From Octopus vulgaris (Eukaryota), in assembly GCA_951406725.2 (NCBI GenBank), contig OX597821.1, positions 98,456,001 to 98,520,000 of the forward strand: a DNA stretch of 64,000 bases. Direction: 5' to 3'. Shown here piece by piece: positions 13,932 to 25,800 of the stretch; within the stretch, counting starts at the first letter, position 1, and the number at the start of each line of letters is the position of its first letter. The notes under the pieces are model-generated. The model worked only from the letters and a program-made list of their open reading frames with translations. It was not told where the DNA came from and did not search any database. The position numbers and the translations under genes are program-made.

Positions 13932-13967
13932 CAGTACCGGTTTCAGTCATTAAGACTTTTTCAACTG
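13932..13967 (-). ncRNA. Minimal hammerhead motif, U3:A8 core variant
   Basis: Minus: CAG-TTGAAAA-AGTC ttaat GACT-GAAAC CG GTA-CTG; palindromic stem III ACCGGT. Confidence 0.55.
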
Positions 13968-14201
13968 TAACAATTAAATAATTAAATTTAGAAAAATTAA
14001 AAGAAAAGTTCTTTTAAAAGAATATTTGTATAGTGTTCAAATACAAGTGGCATTTTCCTTGTTTCTGCCTGTCTCTGTCTCTCTTGTTTATTCTTGTGGG
14101 TTTAAGGCCCTTGAGAATTCTTGGTAGGGAAGAAGAATAAAAAAGGAAGAGGAGAAGGGGAAGAAGAAGAAGAATTTGGGAGTGCCATGATAATATATAT
14201 A

Positions 14202-14361
14202 TATTTCTTTACTACCCACAAGGGGCTAAACACAAAGGGGACAAACAAGGACGGACAAACGGATTAAGTCGATTACATAGACCCCAGTGCGTAACTGGTA
14301 CTTAATTTATCGACCCCGAAAGGATGAAAGGCAAAGTCGACCTCGGCGGAAATTGAACTCG

Positions 14362-14363
<2 letters not shown>
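14202..14363 (-). mobile_element. SINE-B partial (Meta/MESC-like core, tail 1)
   Basis: Core GGTCGACTTTGCCTTTCATCCTTTCGGGGTCGATAAATTAAGTACCAG on the minus strand. Confidence 0.8.
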
Positions 14364-14392
<29 letters not shown>

Positions 14393-14742
14393 CTCTTTAC
14401 TCTTACTTGTTTCAGTCATTTGACTTCGGCTATGCTGGAGCACCGCCTTTAGTCAAACAAATTGACCCCAGGACTTATTCTTTGTAAGTGTAGTACTTAT
14501 TATATCGGTCTATTTTGCCAAACCGCTAAGTTACGGGGATGTAAACACACCAGCATCAGGGACAAACACAGACACACAAACGTATCCACACACATAGATA
14601 CATATATACAACGGGCTTCTTTTGGTTTCTGTCTACCAAATCCACTTACAAGGCTTTGGTCTGCCTGAGGCTATAGTAGAGGACTGAATCCAGAACCATG
14701 TGGTTGGTAAGCAAGCAACATGCCACACAGCCATTCCTGCGC

Positions 14743-14743
<1 letters not shown>
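14393..14743 (-). mobile_element. SINE-A with internal deletions
   Basis: Matches 41-426. Confidence 0.85.
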
Positions 14744-14825
<82 letters not shown>

Positions 14826-15049
14826 TACATAGACGTTATGAGAGGTATTGGTGTTAATAAGACCCAAAGATGTCAGGTAATGCTGAGTAAGTGCTATGGA
14901 CAGACTATAGTTAAGCTCCTGGTTCAGTGATTATGCGAATGAGGAGTCCAACGTAGGTCATATATCAGCATGTATATATATAAAGAATTTAGCAGAATGA
15001 GATAAGAATCAAAGGCTGAGAAAGATTTCAGAACATTTATATATAGAAG

Positions 15050-15097
15050 GTCTTACAGCTGTTTCTGGGATATTTTATATATCCCTTCATCAGAAAC
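15050..15097 (-). ncRNA. Minimal hammerhead motif (Penelope-like terminal repeat fragment)
   Basis: Minus: GTTT-CTGATGA-A-GGGATAT ataaa ATATCCC-A-GAAAC AGCT GTA-AGAC; palindromic stem III ACAGCTGT. Confidence 0.7.
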
Positions 15098-15517
15098 AGT
15101 GTGAGAAAATAGTTAAGCAATAGTTATTCTAGATTGAATATGAAATAGAGAGTGAAGTGGATGAATGAAAATAGACGTGAGATATGCAGGGTTATTGTAT
15201 CTGTAGTTCATTATTTAGGCAGAATGATATAAATATATATATATATATGATTCCTGTACCTTGTAAGTAAGTTCCAATAGTATTAAAAATTGGTCATTCC
15301 AAGCATGGAGTTTGTAAACGGTGTTATTGAATTAAGGGTTTTTTAAAGTGACTTAAAAGTTGGGAATGTATTTCTACAAATCACTTTAAATGTATATATA
15401 TATAGTAATATACATGGATGGATGTATATATATATATTCATATATATATGTATACATATGTATGTATGTATATATATGTGTATACATATGTATGCATATA
15501 TATACATATGTATATAT

Positions 15518-16610
15518 GTCAGGCCATAACCCGTGGCCCCTACCTGGGACGTAGTCAGTCCACCTGTGCATACCTTCCTTCTTGTGACACTTGTGAAGAC
15601 CTGTTGAGGCAAGTGAAAATCAAAACAAATCAAAATAGATGAACATCAATGGAATTTGTATCTTTGTGGTACCAGTGCCGGTGGCACACAAGAAAACCAT
15701 CCGAACGTGGCCGTAGCCAGTACCGCATCGACTGGCCTCCGTGCTGTGGGCACGTAACAAACACCATCCGATCGTGGCCGTTCGCCAACCTCATCTGGCA
15801 CCTGTGTCGGTGGCGCATAAAAACACCATCCGAAGACCCAGGAAGACTAGTCAGGCCATAACCCGTGGCCCCTACCTGGGACATAGTCAGTCCACCTGTG
15901 CATACCTTCCTTCTTGTGACACTTGTGAAGACCTGTTGAGGCAAGTGAAAATCAAAATCAAATCAAAACAAATCAAAATAGATGAACATCAATGGAATTT
16001 GTATCTTTGTGGTACCAGTGCCGGTGGCACAGAAGAAAACCGTCCGAACGTGGCCGTAGCCAGTACCGCATCGACTGGCCTCCGTGCTGTGGGCACGTAT
16101 CAAGCACCATCCGATCGTGGCCGTTAGCCAGCCTCATCTGGCACCTGTGTCGGTGGCACATAAAAACACCATCCGAGCGTGGCCGTCTGCCAGCCTCGTC
16201 TGGCACCTGTGTCGGTGGCACATAAAAAACACCATCCGAGCGTGGCCGTTCGCCAGCCTCGTCTGGCACATGTGTCGGTGGCACATAAAATCACCCACTA
16301 CACTCTCGGAGTGGTTGGCGTTAGGAAGGGCATCCAGCTGTAGAAACACTGCTGGATCTGACTGGCCTGGTGCAGCCTTCGGGCTCCCCAGACCCCAGTT
16401 GAACCGTCCAACCCATGCTAGCATGGAAAGCGGACGTTAAATGATGATGATGATGATGATGATGATATGTATATATATAGGAAGGGCATCCAGCTGTAGA
16501 AACACTACCAGATCTGACTGGCCTGGTGCAGCCTTCGAGCTTGCCAGACCCCAGTTGAACCGTCCAACCCATGCTAGCATGGAAAGCGGACGTTAGACGA
16601 TGATGATGAT
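15518..16610 (+). mobile_element. Tandem RTE 3' UTR copies (two long, one short) with ~60-bp internal repeats
   Basis: 15518-15832 is repeated at about 15850-16170; homologous to 6140-6610; (GAT)n tails at about 16440 and 16600. Confidence 0.88.
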
Positions 16611-16870
16611 ATGTATATATATGGGTATATGTATATATGCATATATATATATGGGTATATATATATATATATATACCCATATATATATACATACCTGCAT
16701 ACATATATATATGTATATTCAAAATGCATACATATATATACATACATGCATACATATATATATGTACATGCATACATATATATATGTACATTCAAATGTG
16801 ACCACGTGTGTACCGTTGGTGATTTTTTTTTTCCTCTGTCTTCCCTTCTCTGGATCTTTCCTTCTCCTAT

Positions 16871-16905
16871 GTTTCCGACGAAGAGCTCCGCTCGAAACGT
16901 TAAAC
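16871..16905 (+). ncRNA. Minimal hammerhead motif (U4C variant) in a ~200-bp Penelope-like repeat
   Basis: GTTT-CCGACGA-A-GAGC tcc GCTC-GAAAC GTT-AAAC; a diverged, partly deleted sibling lies inverted at about 17400-17600. Confidence 0.6.
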
Positions 16906-17008
16906 CCTCCTTCTTCCCTTCCTTCCTGAGCATCCAATAATACTATATTTGTTCCACGTCCTTGCATTGTTGTGTTTTCATGTTTGGATTAACTATATAT
17001 ATATATAA

Positions 17009-17210
17009 CTAAAAATAAGGGTGTCTGAGAGACACCACCATGCCGAAATAGCAGCAAGATCTTGAATTATTCAGTAATATTTTTTGCTAGTCTATTTTGT
17101 CCCTCTGTCTTATCTCATGGTGCGATATGAACATTTAACGTGGTTCTTAGAGTCAGGGTTTTGACTGCTATTTCAGCATGGTGGTGTCTCTCAGACACCC
17201 TTATTTTTAG
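17009..17210. repeat. 46-bp inverted repeat with ~110-bp spacer
   Basis: 17009-17054 matches the reverse complement of 17165-17210 with one mismatch. Confidence 0.85.
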
Positions 17211-17276
17211 CTGTAAAAAAAATTATTACCTTTGTATGGTATTTTTCCCATGCTGGCCACTTGATAATATCGATAT

Positions 17277-17336
<60 letters not shown>

Positions 17337-17358
17337 ATAGATATATAGATATAGATAT

Positions 17359-17401
<43 letters not shown>

Positions 17402-17653
17402 TTTAAAAAATACAAAAAAAATACAAGAAAAAACAATGTGAGGATGTGGTACATGCAAAGTATTAGTAGATGCTCAGGGAAGGAAAGAAAGATGGTTTTT
17501 ATGTTTCGAGCAGAAAGTCAGAAACAGGAGATGGAGGAAAGTCCAAGAGAAAGGAAGATGGAGGAAAAATATTGCCAATGATTCACATGTGGTTACATTT
17601 TGATATATATATATGTATATGTATGTACGTATGTATGTGTGTGTATATAATAC

Positions 17654-17920
17654 AGTTCTATATTTAAGAGATGAGGAATTATGTACATTATTTACAATAT
17701 TTATATTTGACGGATATTTGTCCTCATTTTGTTTGTTGTTAACACAACGTTTCAGCTGACATACCCTCCAGCCATTGTCAGGTGTCTTGGCGAAATTTTG
17801 AACCTGAACCTGGGTTCTCATTCCTAAGGTATTTTTTGATGTTATTATTATTAAGGTCACTGCCTGGAATTGAACTCAGAATCTTGGGGTTGGAAGCCCG
17901 CACTTTTAACTACTACGCCC
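17654..17920 (-). mobile_element. tRNA-headed non-autonomous element carrying a hammerhead motif
   Basis: Minus: GGCGTAGTAGTT (A box) ... GAGTTCAATTCC (B box), (AAT)n, then GACAC-CTGACAA-T-GGCTG..CAGCT-GAAACGTT-GTGTT (17741-17786); second copy at 32850-33031. Confidence 0.7.
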
Positions 17921-17955
17921 ACGGACATATCGTGTAGTGGTTAAGAAAGCAGGGT

Positions 17956-18120
<165 letters not shown>

Positions 18121-18505
18121 TATATTGGCTGAAATTGTGTTTGACCCTCTGGCCAATAACTGATGAATAATTGGTGACCTGTCTTTTCTGTTCACCTGTG
18201 TATTTAGTATATGCTCATTTGTTTATTTACTACACTTTTTTTTTTTAATTATATATAGGTATGTCATATTTTCCATTTGTTATCTTTATTTAATGCTGCA
18301 AAACATATATACATATACACACATATATAAGAGGTCTTGGGCCAACAGGTTTTGAGATCTGCTGATATGCCATAAAGTTAAACCCTTTATGGACGGGAAA
18401 CCTAAGGTGATCCCACAAGGTGATCCCCATTTTTAATGTATATACATTATACCAGAGTAATCACATAAATGTGAAACAAAGTGGAAAATATAGTACTCAA
18501 ATACC

Positions 18506-18737
18506 TATTTCTTTACTGCCCACAAGGGGCTAAACACAGAGAGGACAAACAAGGACAGACAAACGGATTACGTTGATTATATCGACCCCAGTGCGTAACT
18601 GGTACTTATTTAATCGACCCCGAAAGGATGAAAGGTAAAGTCGACCTCGGCGGAATTTGAACTCAGAACGTAACAGCAGACGAAATACGTCTACGCATTT
18701 CGCCTGGCATGCTAACGTTTCTGCCAGCTCGTCGCCT
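18506..18737 (-). mobile_element. SINE-B full length (tail 1) with TSD
   Basis: tRNA-like head GGCGACGAGCTGGCAGAAACGTTAGC..GAGTTCAAATTCC; flanked by TAGT(A/C)CTCAAATACC. Confidence 0.9.
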
Positions 18738-18778
18738 TTAGTCCTCAAATACCGAAAGTTGCAAAGACATTGCAAAAA

Positions 18779-18816
18779 CTGTTACTCAGAGTTTCACATT
18801 CTCATTTGTCAAACAG
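18779..18816 (-). ncRNA. Degenerate minimal hammerhead motif
   Basis: Minus: CTGT-TTGACAA-atgagaatgt-GAAAC TCTGA GTA-ACAG; stem II eroded, consistent with CpG decay. Confidence 0.5.
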
Positions 18817-18989
18817 AAAATGTAGAATTGTTTTCCATTTGTTTCTTTCGTTGTTTGCAAAAAACGTTCATATTCTACGTTTTTGTATTTTGTATTTCAT
18901 GTTGTTTATGTTTTATAACATTCTGTACCTATATATGCATATGTATATACATATATATACGTAAGTATGTACATATATGTATGCATATA

Positions 18990-19024
<35 letters not shown>

Positions 19025-19027
<3 letters not shown>

Positions 19028-19470
19028 GTTAGCCGTATGAAAGATGGCAGAATCCCCAAGGACATACACTACGGAGAGCTTGCTAGGGGTACTAGGTCTG
19101 TGGGTAGACCGTTCTTACATTACAAGGATGTTTGCAAAAGGGATATGAAGGCCTGCAACATCAATATTAACGGTTGAGAGCCAGTTGCCGGCAACCGTGG
19201 AGACTGGCGACGTACCGTAAAAGAGGGAATACAAAGGAGTGACAGAGAGAGAGAGGAGAAATGGAAAGACAAGAAAAGACGTCAACAAGAAACTATGACA
19301 TTACAACAGTCTTCGCTACATTTGCGGCACCTGCCAGAGGGAGTGTTTGTCCAGGATAGGACTACACAGCCACAGCAGGAAATGTATCAGGACATGAAAT
19401 GTAAAAGCCGGACTGGACTATTTTATGCGCAACTCCATTGTCTCCCAAGACAAAAAGGATGCCAACCAAT
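19025..19470 (+). mobile_element. RTE/BovB-like LINE 3' end
   Basis: RMKDGRIPKDIHYGEL..GRPFLHYKDVCKRDMK, then C-terminal CGTC..SRIGLHSHSRKC zinc finger and a short tail ending GGATGCCAAC. Confidence 0.85.
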
Positions 19471-19639
19471 ATATATTATATTATATGATTGAATGCCACA
19501 CATCCATTTCCAAGTACATATGCGTGTGTGTGTGTGTGTGTGTATGTATGCATGCAAGCATGTATGTATGCATGAATGTATGTGTATATATGTATGTATG
19601 TAACCGAAAAACAAGTACAGATTATAAACAATGAAAGGC

Positions 19640-20229
19640 CAATTTTGGTGATTCATTTGGCAGAGGTAGTAGAGAGCGAATCTGATGATAAATCTGACCT
19701 TGGATCTTGAAAGTTTATATGAATCCTGGCTCAGTTAAATCTCTTGTGGCTCCAAATGATGTCATCTGTAGTGCAGTGTTGTATAGTCTAATTTTGTTTT
19801 GGAAGTGCTTGGAATCTTGATCAGTTGATAACAATTTTTTCATTGGCTCTGGAGGTTGGGGGATTGCAGGGAGTGTCTCTCCAGGCCACTTCTTTGCTTT
19901 ATAATGTATACACTCAGTTGTCATTGCATCAATGGAAATTCTAGTGTAATCTGCATAATGAATGCTGGATCATAATTGAAAGCTGCTTCATAGCAGTTGC
20001 TTCTCTGAGCTGTTGCAACTACTCTTCATTCTGCAGTGGAGATCCTATTCCTTGTCAGCTGTGCATACCTCTATTCATGACTTTGAGATGCTCTGGCTTT
20101 TGTAGAGCACAGTTTATTCGTTTCTTGGTATGCTTCCCTTTCTGCAGCTGTCTCTCTTTCCCTGGACAGAGACATTTTTTTGGCTGACCTTGACATGGTA
20201 GGCAAATTTGACAATTTCCTTCTAGGCAT
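19640..20229 (-). mobile_element. Helitron Rep-helicase N-terminal pseudogene fragment
   Basis: MPRRKLSNL..RERETAAERE start; KWPGE..PPEPMKKLL..SKHF..YNTALQMTSFGA..GFI*TFKIQGQIYH, typical of the Helitron N-terminal region. Confidence 0.8.
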
Positions 20230-20640
20230 GGTTATATGTGTATACAGTATAGTATATGTGTATACAGGATAGTAAACAATGAAAATAACTGGGTTGCGGA
20301 AATTATATTTCTTAATATGATGGCAGAAAGTAAATGAATTTTTACAGAAAATAAAGAATTGTACAGGTTGATGCGAAATTTGTCATGGAACCAAAGAACC
20401 AGTATCGAAGGAACCAGATAGAGAGAGAGAGATGGATAGCAAGATATAGATAAAGAGTCGTCACTGACGCTAGAAAACTGGAAATAAATATTTTTAAAAA
20501 CTTCGATGAAAGGAGTCCCAATGCATATATTTATATCCTTTTTCCAGTAACTTTTCGTCACTGAAAGCAACATGTTTAAGCATTATTGGACCGCGTCAGC
20601 AAAGCATCTTCTACTCTGTTGGTAAGACTAGAAGTGCAGT

Positions 20641-20960
20641 CATCATCATCATCATCATCATCGTTTAACGTCCGTTTTCCGCACTAGCACGGGTTGGACG
20701 GTTCGACCGGGGTCTGGGAAGCCAGGGGCTGCTCCAGGCTCCAGTCTGATCTGGCAGTGTTTCTACAGCTGGATGTCCTTCCTAACACCAACCACTCCGC
20801 GAGTGTAGTGGGTGCTTTTTACGTGCCACCTGCACAGGTGCCAGGGGGGGGGTCCGGCATCAGCCACAATCGGTTGGAGCTTTTAACGTGCCAGCGGCAC
20901 GGATGCCAGCCAAGGCAGCGCTGGCAACGTTCGGATGGTGCTTTTTATGTGCCACCGGTA
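20641..20960 (-). mobile_element. RTE 3' UTR fragment
   Basis: (CAT)n on plus followed by the reverse complement of 6380-6600. Confidence 0.88.
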
Positions 20961-21567
20961 TATATATATATATTATCATCATCATCGTCGTCATTTAACA
21001 TTCATTTTCCATACTGACATGGGCTGGATAAAGTCTGTCAAGTCACAGCACTGGGCTCCAATGTCAGCTTTAGCATGTTTTCTATGGTTGGATGCTCCTC
21101 GTAACACCAACCACTTTCCATGCTTATATGAATCATATAGAATCTGTTGACACAAAATTTCTATGTCTAGATGCCCTTCCTGTTACCAACATCATCTGTT
21201 GCCTCCAGCAAGATAATATTTTCCCAAGGCTAGACATAGAAATATTGAAATTACTCCAGTAATTGACTGGTATTTTGCTTAATTGTATTATACCCACAAA
21301 AGGTCGGCAACAAAACTAGCCTCAGTGAAATTTGAACTTGGAATATTAGAGAAATAATTCTAGCAATTTCATTTACTTATTTACTTAATGTAGATTTTTA
21401 CCAAAGGTTCAAGGCCACACCTTAGTGGGGAAAAGTATAATCAACGGAAACAATGACTAGCACTGAAAATGAAGCACAATATCTATATGACACTCATTTA
21501 CATTTAACACTTAATGTCATGACTAAGAGACAAAATCACACACACACACTTAGCCTAATATTATATA

Positions 21568-21568
21568 G

Positions 21569-21619
<51 letters not shown>

Positions 21620-21648
21620 CAGATAGATGGACAGATAGATGGACAGAC

Positions 21649-21692
<44 letters not shown>

Positions 21693-21730
21693 TGACAAAT
21701 AGATAGACAGATAGATAGATAGATAGACAG
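21568..21730. repeat. (GATA)n/(GACA)n microsatellite
   Basis: Seen directly in the sequence. Confidence 0.97.
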
Positions 21731-21746
21731 ACAATTATATATGCAT

Positions 21747-21779
<33 letters not shown>

Positions 21780-22849
21780 CATGTATAATGGGCTGCTTTC
21801 ACTTTCCAACTATCAAATCCACTCATATGGTTTTGGTTGGCCTGAGGCTAAAGTACAGGTCAACAGTCCAAGATGCTATACATAATGGAACTGAACCTAA
21901 AACCCTGAAGCCACATGGTTAAAAAGTAAATTTCCTAACCCCACAACCATGGCTCTCGAGGATCCTAAGAGAAATAAGTTTTCTCTTAGAGAAATAAGTT
22001 TTCCTCGAGAGCCAACAGAATGTACCAGCTTCATTCCTCTCTAGTCTTCACATGTCCTCTACATTCAGGGCCCATGTCTCCCTACCATGTAATATCACTG
22101 TTCTTATAATCATAAAATCCAATTTTCACTTGGGGAGAGAGGGACCTTTTGTTACCAACAGAAATAATAGCTCTCTGAATTTTCTCCAGTATAGCATCTT
22201 GGACAGTAGTGAAAGTTTGAAGATACTGATACTATATAGATTTCTTTATTGGCCATGAAGGCTAAACACAGAAGGGACAAAATACAAAGCAGAGCTTTTC
22301 TTTTTGGGAAGAAGAGAAGGGGAATATAGCTTCTAAAGAATATTCAAAGTGGATTGCATTTAGGACATATAAGTTCAGTTTTCCAACACTCCTCTCTCCA
22401 ATGACAATGTCAAATATTTCATTGATTGTTTTGTTGCTTGTGTTTCACTTAAAAGAATTGAAGAACTGTTTTCCCCATTAACATTTTTATTTTGTTATCT
22501 CTTATCTCCCTCTACTTTTCATTTCTGTCTCTGTCCTCACTTTTCCCCTGTTCATCCCTCTCTAACAGTTCTCACAAATATATTTCCCTCGTCCTTTATA
22601 TTTCTTCCTTTCCCACTTCATTTAATTATCCTGTTTCCGTATCATTTTAAATTTTGCAGGCAGTAAATAAGTTGAGTTGAGTTTACACTCATACAACAGA
22701 AACTGTTCATTTAACGCATGTAGCATAATAGAAAAGAGTGAGAGAGAGAAGGAAAAAAAAAAAATTATAGACAATCCTCTCGGAAAACTTCCAGGAAAGA
22801 AAGTAAAAGCAAAGCTTATAGTCAGGGACTCAGTTATTTAAAACAATAA

Positions 22850-24905
22850 TGAGTTGTTTCACTTGTTATATGGAGTGGGGGGAACAATGTCAACCAAGCT
22901 ATGGATGTGCAAGAGGTACAGTAGAATCACAGGAAGACTAACAGAGAAAATAGTGTTTAACATGGAAGACGTGCATATAAAATCTAAGGAAACATACAAA
23001 GTAGATTTTCTCCAACGCCATGGAGGCTCCCTGGAGGTAGTAGATAGTTTTTGTTGCCTAGGTGACCTAATTAGCAGTGGAGGAGGATGTTCTAAAAATA
23101 GATAGTCTGGAGAAAATTCAGAGAGCTATTATTTCTGTTGGTAACAAAAGGTCCCTCTCTCTCTCCCCAAGTGAAAATTGGGTTTTATGATTATTAGAAC
23201 AGTGATATTACATGGTAGTGAGACATGGACCCTGAATGTAGAGGACATGTGAAAACTAGAGAGGAATGAAGCTAGTACATTCTGTTGGATGTTCAATGTC
23301 AGTATGCATCCAACAGAGAGTCCAAGCCTTATTCTTCTCTACTCTTCACATGTTCTCTATATTGTCAGTGTGCTTGTATAACTAAGTGCTAATGTATAGA
23401 GAAGAATATCAGGCATAAGAGGAATTAGACATAGTATACAAGAAAGAAGACTCGTCTGGTCTGGTTATGTGATTCATAGCCACATAAACAAGTACCACTT
23501 GCTTAAAGTAGAGACAACTTGTGGAAGAAGGAGACCCAGGAAGACATGGGATGAAGTAGTGAAAGTTGATCTCAAGATGCTGAACCTCACAAAGGAGATG
23601 ACAAAGGACCTAGATGATTGACGGTTTGCAGTGCTCAAGAAGACCTGTCCATCAAGGCAAAGACGAGGTCATGAAAAATTTTGTCTAATGCTTGTATATA
23701 CTGGGCCCTGTCCCTACACCTGTTGTCCTATCAAGCATTACCTACTTCTCCCTAATCCCTTCTTTTCCTTTACATTCAGCCACCTCAGCACATATTACAT
23801 CCCTACCCCCATTCTTACCTTCCTCCACCTGGAACCACTTCCATTTCTCACTCTCACTCTCATCCCTTTTCACACTATTTTTACCAGTCACCTCCTTTCT
23901 GTGTCTCCAGTTGTCTCACCGGACAATCTGCCTTGCTTTATCTTAACACTTCTCTTATCTGCTATCACTCTCAATGCCCTCTTGTACCTCTACATCTTTT
24001 TTCCCCACTCATTACTCCTACCCCTTACTCATCATCTCCTACTTCCTGATCTGTAATCCCTGGTCCATTTCTATCTCTCTCATCTAACCCCACCATACTG
24101 ATATTTCCCATCAAGACACACATCCACCACTCTCCATCACACTACATCCACCTCATCCCCACCTCTAACCATCTGTTACACTTCCCTCACATTCTCATAG
24201 CCCTTCCTCCCTCCAAATCCACTGTCTGTATCCTCTCTTATGCTTGCTTCCTTACTCTTTGATGGTTTACACTGGTACCTCCATCACTACTCTCTTATCT
24301 TCTTCCCAACTACTCCCACCCACCCTTATATAATGCAGGATAGCCTTGTATCTTCTCTGTAGTAAGACATCTGCACTTGTCCCTCTAACATATATTTATT
24401 TCTTCACTACCCACAAGGGGCTAAACATAGAGGGGACAAACAAAGACAGACAAAGGAATTAAGACGATTACATCGACCCCAGTACGAAACTGGTACTTTA
24501 TTTATCGACCCCAAAAGGATGAAAAGCAAAGTTGACCTCGGCGGAATTTGAACTCAGAACGTAATGGCAGACGAAATACCGCTTGGCATTTCGCCCGGCG
24601 TGCTACCGTTTCTGCCAGCCCGCCACCTTCTAACATATATTAACCTCCCGACACCTGGTCAAAAGCAACCTCCCTCACTGTCAAATACTCATTCACCCCA
24701 CACTTAGATGAGGGAGTTTTTTTCTTTTCTTGTTCTTTTCCTCTCTTGCAAGTTATGTGGTAATCTCATAGTGCTGGTGGCATGAGAAAAAAAGCACCCA
24801 ATACATACTTTAAAGTGGTTGGCATTAAGAAGGGCATCCAGCCATACAGATCATGCTCAAACTGTCTAACCCATGCCAGGACCAAAAACAAACAACATTA
24901 AATAA
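22850..24905 (+). mobile_element. Old RTE LINE relic (same clade as 5307) with CT-rich 3' region
   Basis: EVVDSFCCLGD, LHGSETW and GRRRPRKTW remnants; 3' motif GTGGTTGGCATTAAGAAGGGCATCCAGCC at about 24815. Confidence 0.75.
24397..24628 (-). mobile_element. SINE-B full length (tail 1), 13-bp TSD
   Basis: TSD TCTAACATATATT at 24384-24396 and 24629-24641. Confidence 0.92.
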
Positions 24906-25384
24906 TAATAATGAGGAGGAGGAGGAGCAGGAGGATGACGACAATGATGTTGATGATGATCTTGAAACATTTAAATGATTGTATGTTGGTGAAAACCACG
25001 TAATTGGTTCATGAATGAATAAAATATTTCTAACTGAAAGATATGAGTCTCTTTTGGGGTGACCCAGACTGAGAGACGTTGACAAGCGATTACAATATCT
25101 GGCCACCAAACAGAAATGTGAGACACTGACTTGACTTAACATACAGGTTCAAGCAGTGGGTGAGTGGGTAATCCAAAATAAGTTTATGTAATGATTACGG
25201 TTATATCATGTTTTAATTATTGTGTGTTTTACTGTACAACAAGCAAAGTTGCTAGTTTTAAAATCTCTGTAAGAGACGCAAGTAGTAACTCTACTGAAAA
25301 GTACTGTTTGTTGCCACTTCAACATGGCTGTTCTGTATGGAACAATGTTACTACTCTTTTTTAATGCCACCGACTGAAAGTCAC

Positions 25385-25691
25385 TTATTACCTCTGCCTT
25401 CGCTAAGGCAGAGGTATTGTTTTCAGTTGCATTTGTTTGTCTGTGGACAAGATATACAGGATGCAGGATGGATTCAGATGAAACTTTCAGGGATGTTTGG
25501 CTTCATGATTGGCACAAGCTGATTAGATTTTGGGATCATGAGAGCGGTCGGGTTCATTTTTAGTGTTCTTTTTTGTGAGAGCAGTCAAGTTTATTTCAGA
25601 CATTTGCATTTTAAAAATCATCTCTGGCTAATTGTTGAGAGGACACTGGTGTTGCCTTGCCAGAGGTTTGCACTTTCTGAGTGCTCTTGTT
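25385..25691 (+). mobile_element. Helentron-type non-autonomous element (HINE/DINE-1-like)
   Basis: TTATTACCTCTGCC..GGCAGAGGT 5' hairpin, (GTTT/GTCT) microsatellite, 3' subTIR CCTTGCCAGAGGT and terminal hairpin GCACT..AGTGC before TT. Confidence 0.7.
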
Positions 25692-25736
25692 TATTTATAT
25701 ATTACAAACCGGGATGAACAACTGCCATGTCTAGCA

Positions 25737-25800
25737 GACAGGTGTCCAGTACTGAGGAAGGGTAAGACCCTAAAATCAGTTCTGGTCTACTGGTCCTGTC
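25737..25800 (+). ncRNA. Full-size type I hammerhead motif with G12A substitution
   Basis: GACAGG..CCAGTA-CTGAGGA-AGGGT aag ACCCT-AAAA TCAG tt CTGG TC-TACTGG..CCTGTC. Confidence 0.7.

Noticed and set aside
16017-16295. Regularly spaced ~25-bp repeats resembling a CRISPR array
   Set aside because: The spacers are homologous to each other, the array lies in an RTE 3' UTR, the context is eukaryotic and there are no cas genes.
18345-18415. Hairpin plus GAAACC..GGTGA motif resembling a hammerhead (similar at 9770-9832)
   Set aside because: The CUGANGA core is not in register and the cleavage position would be G.
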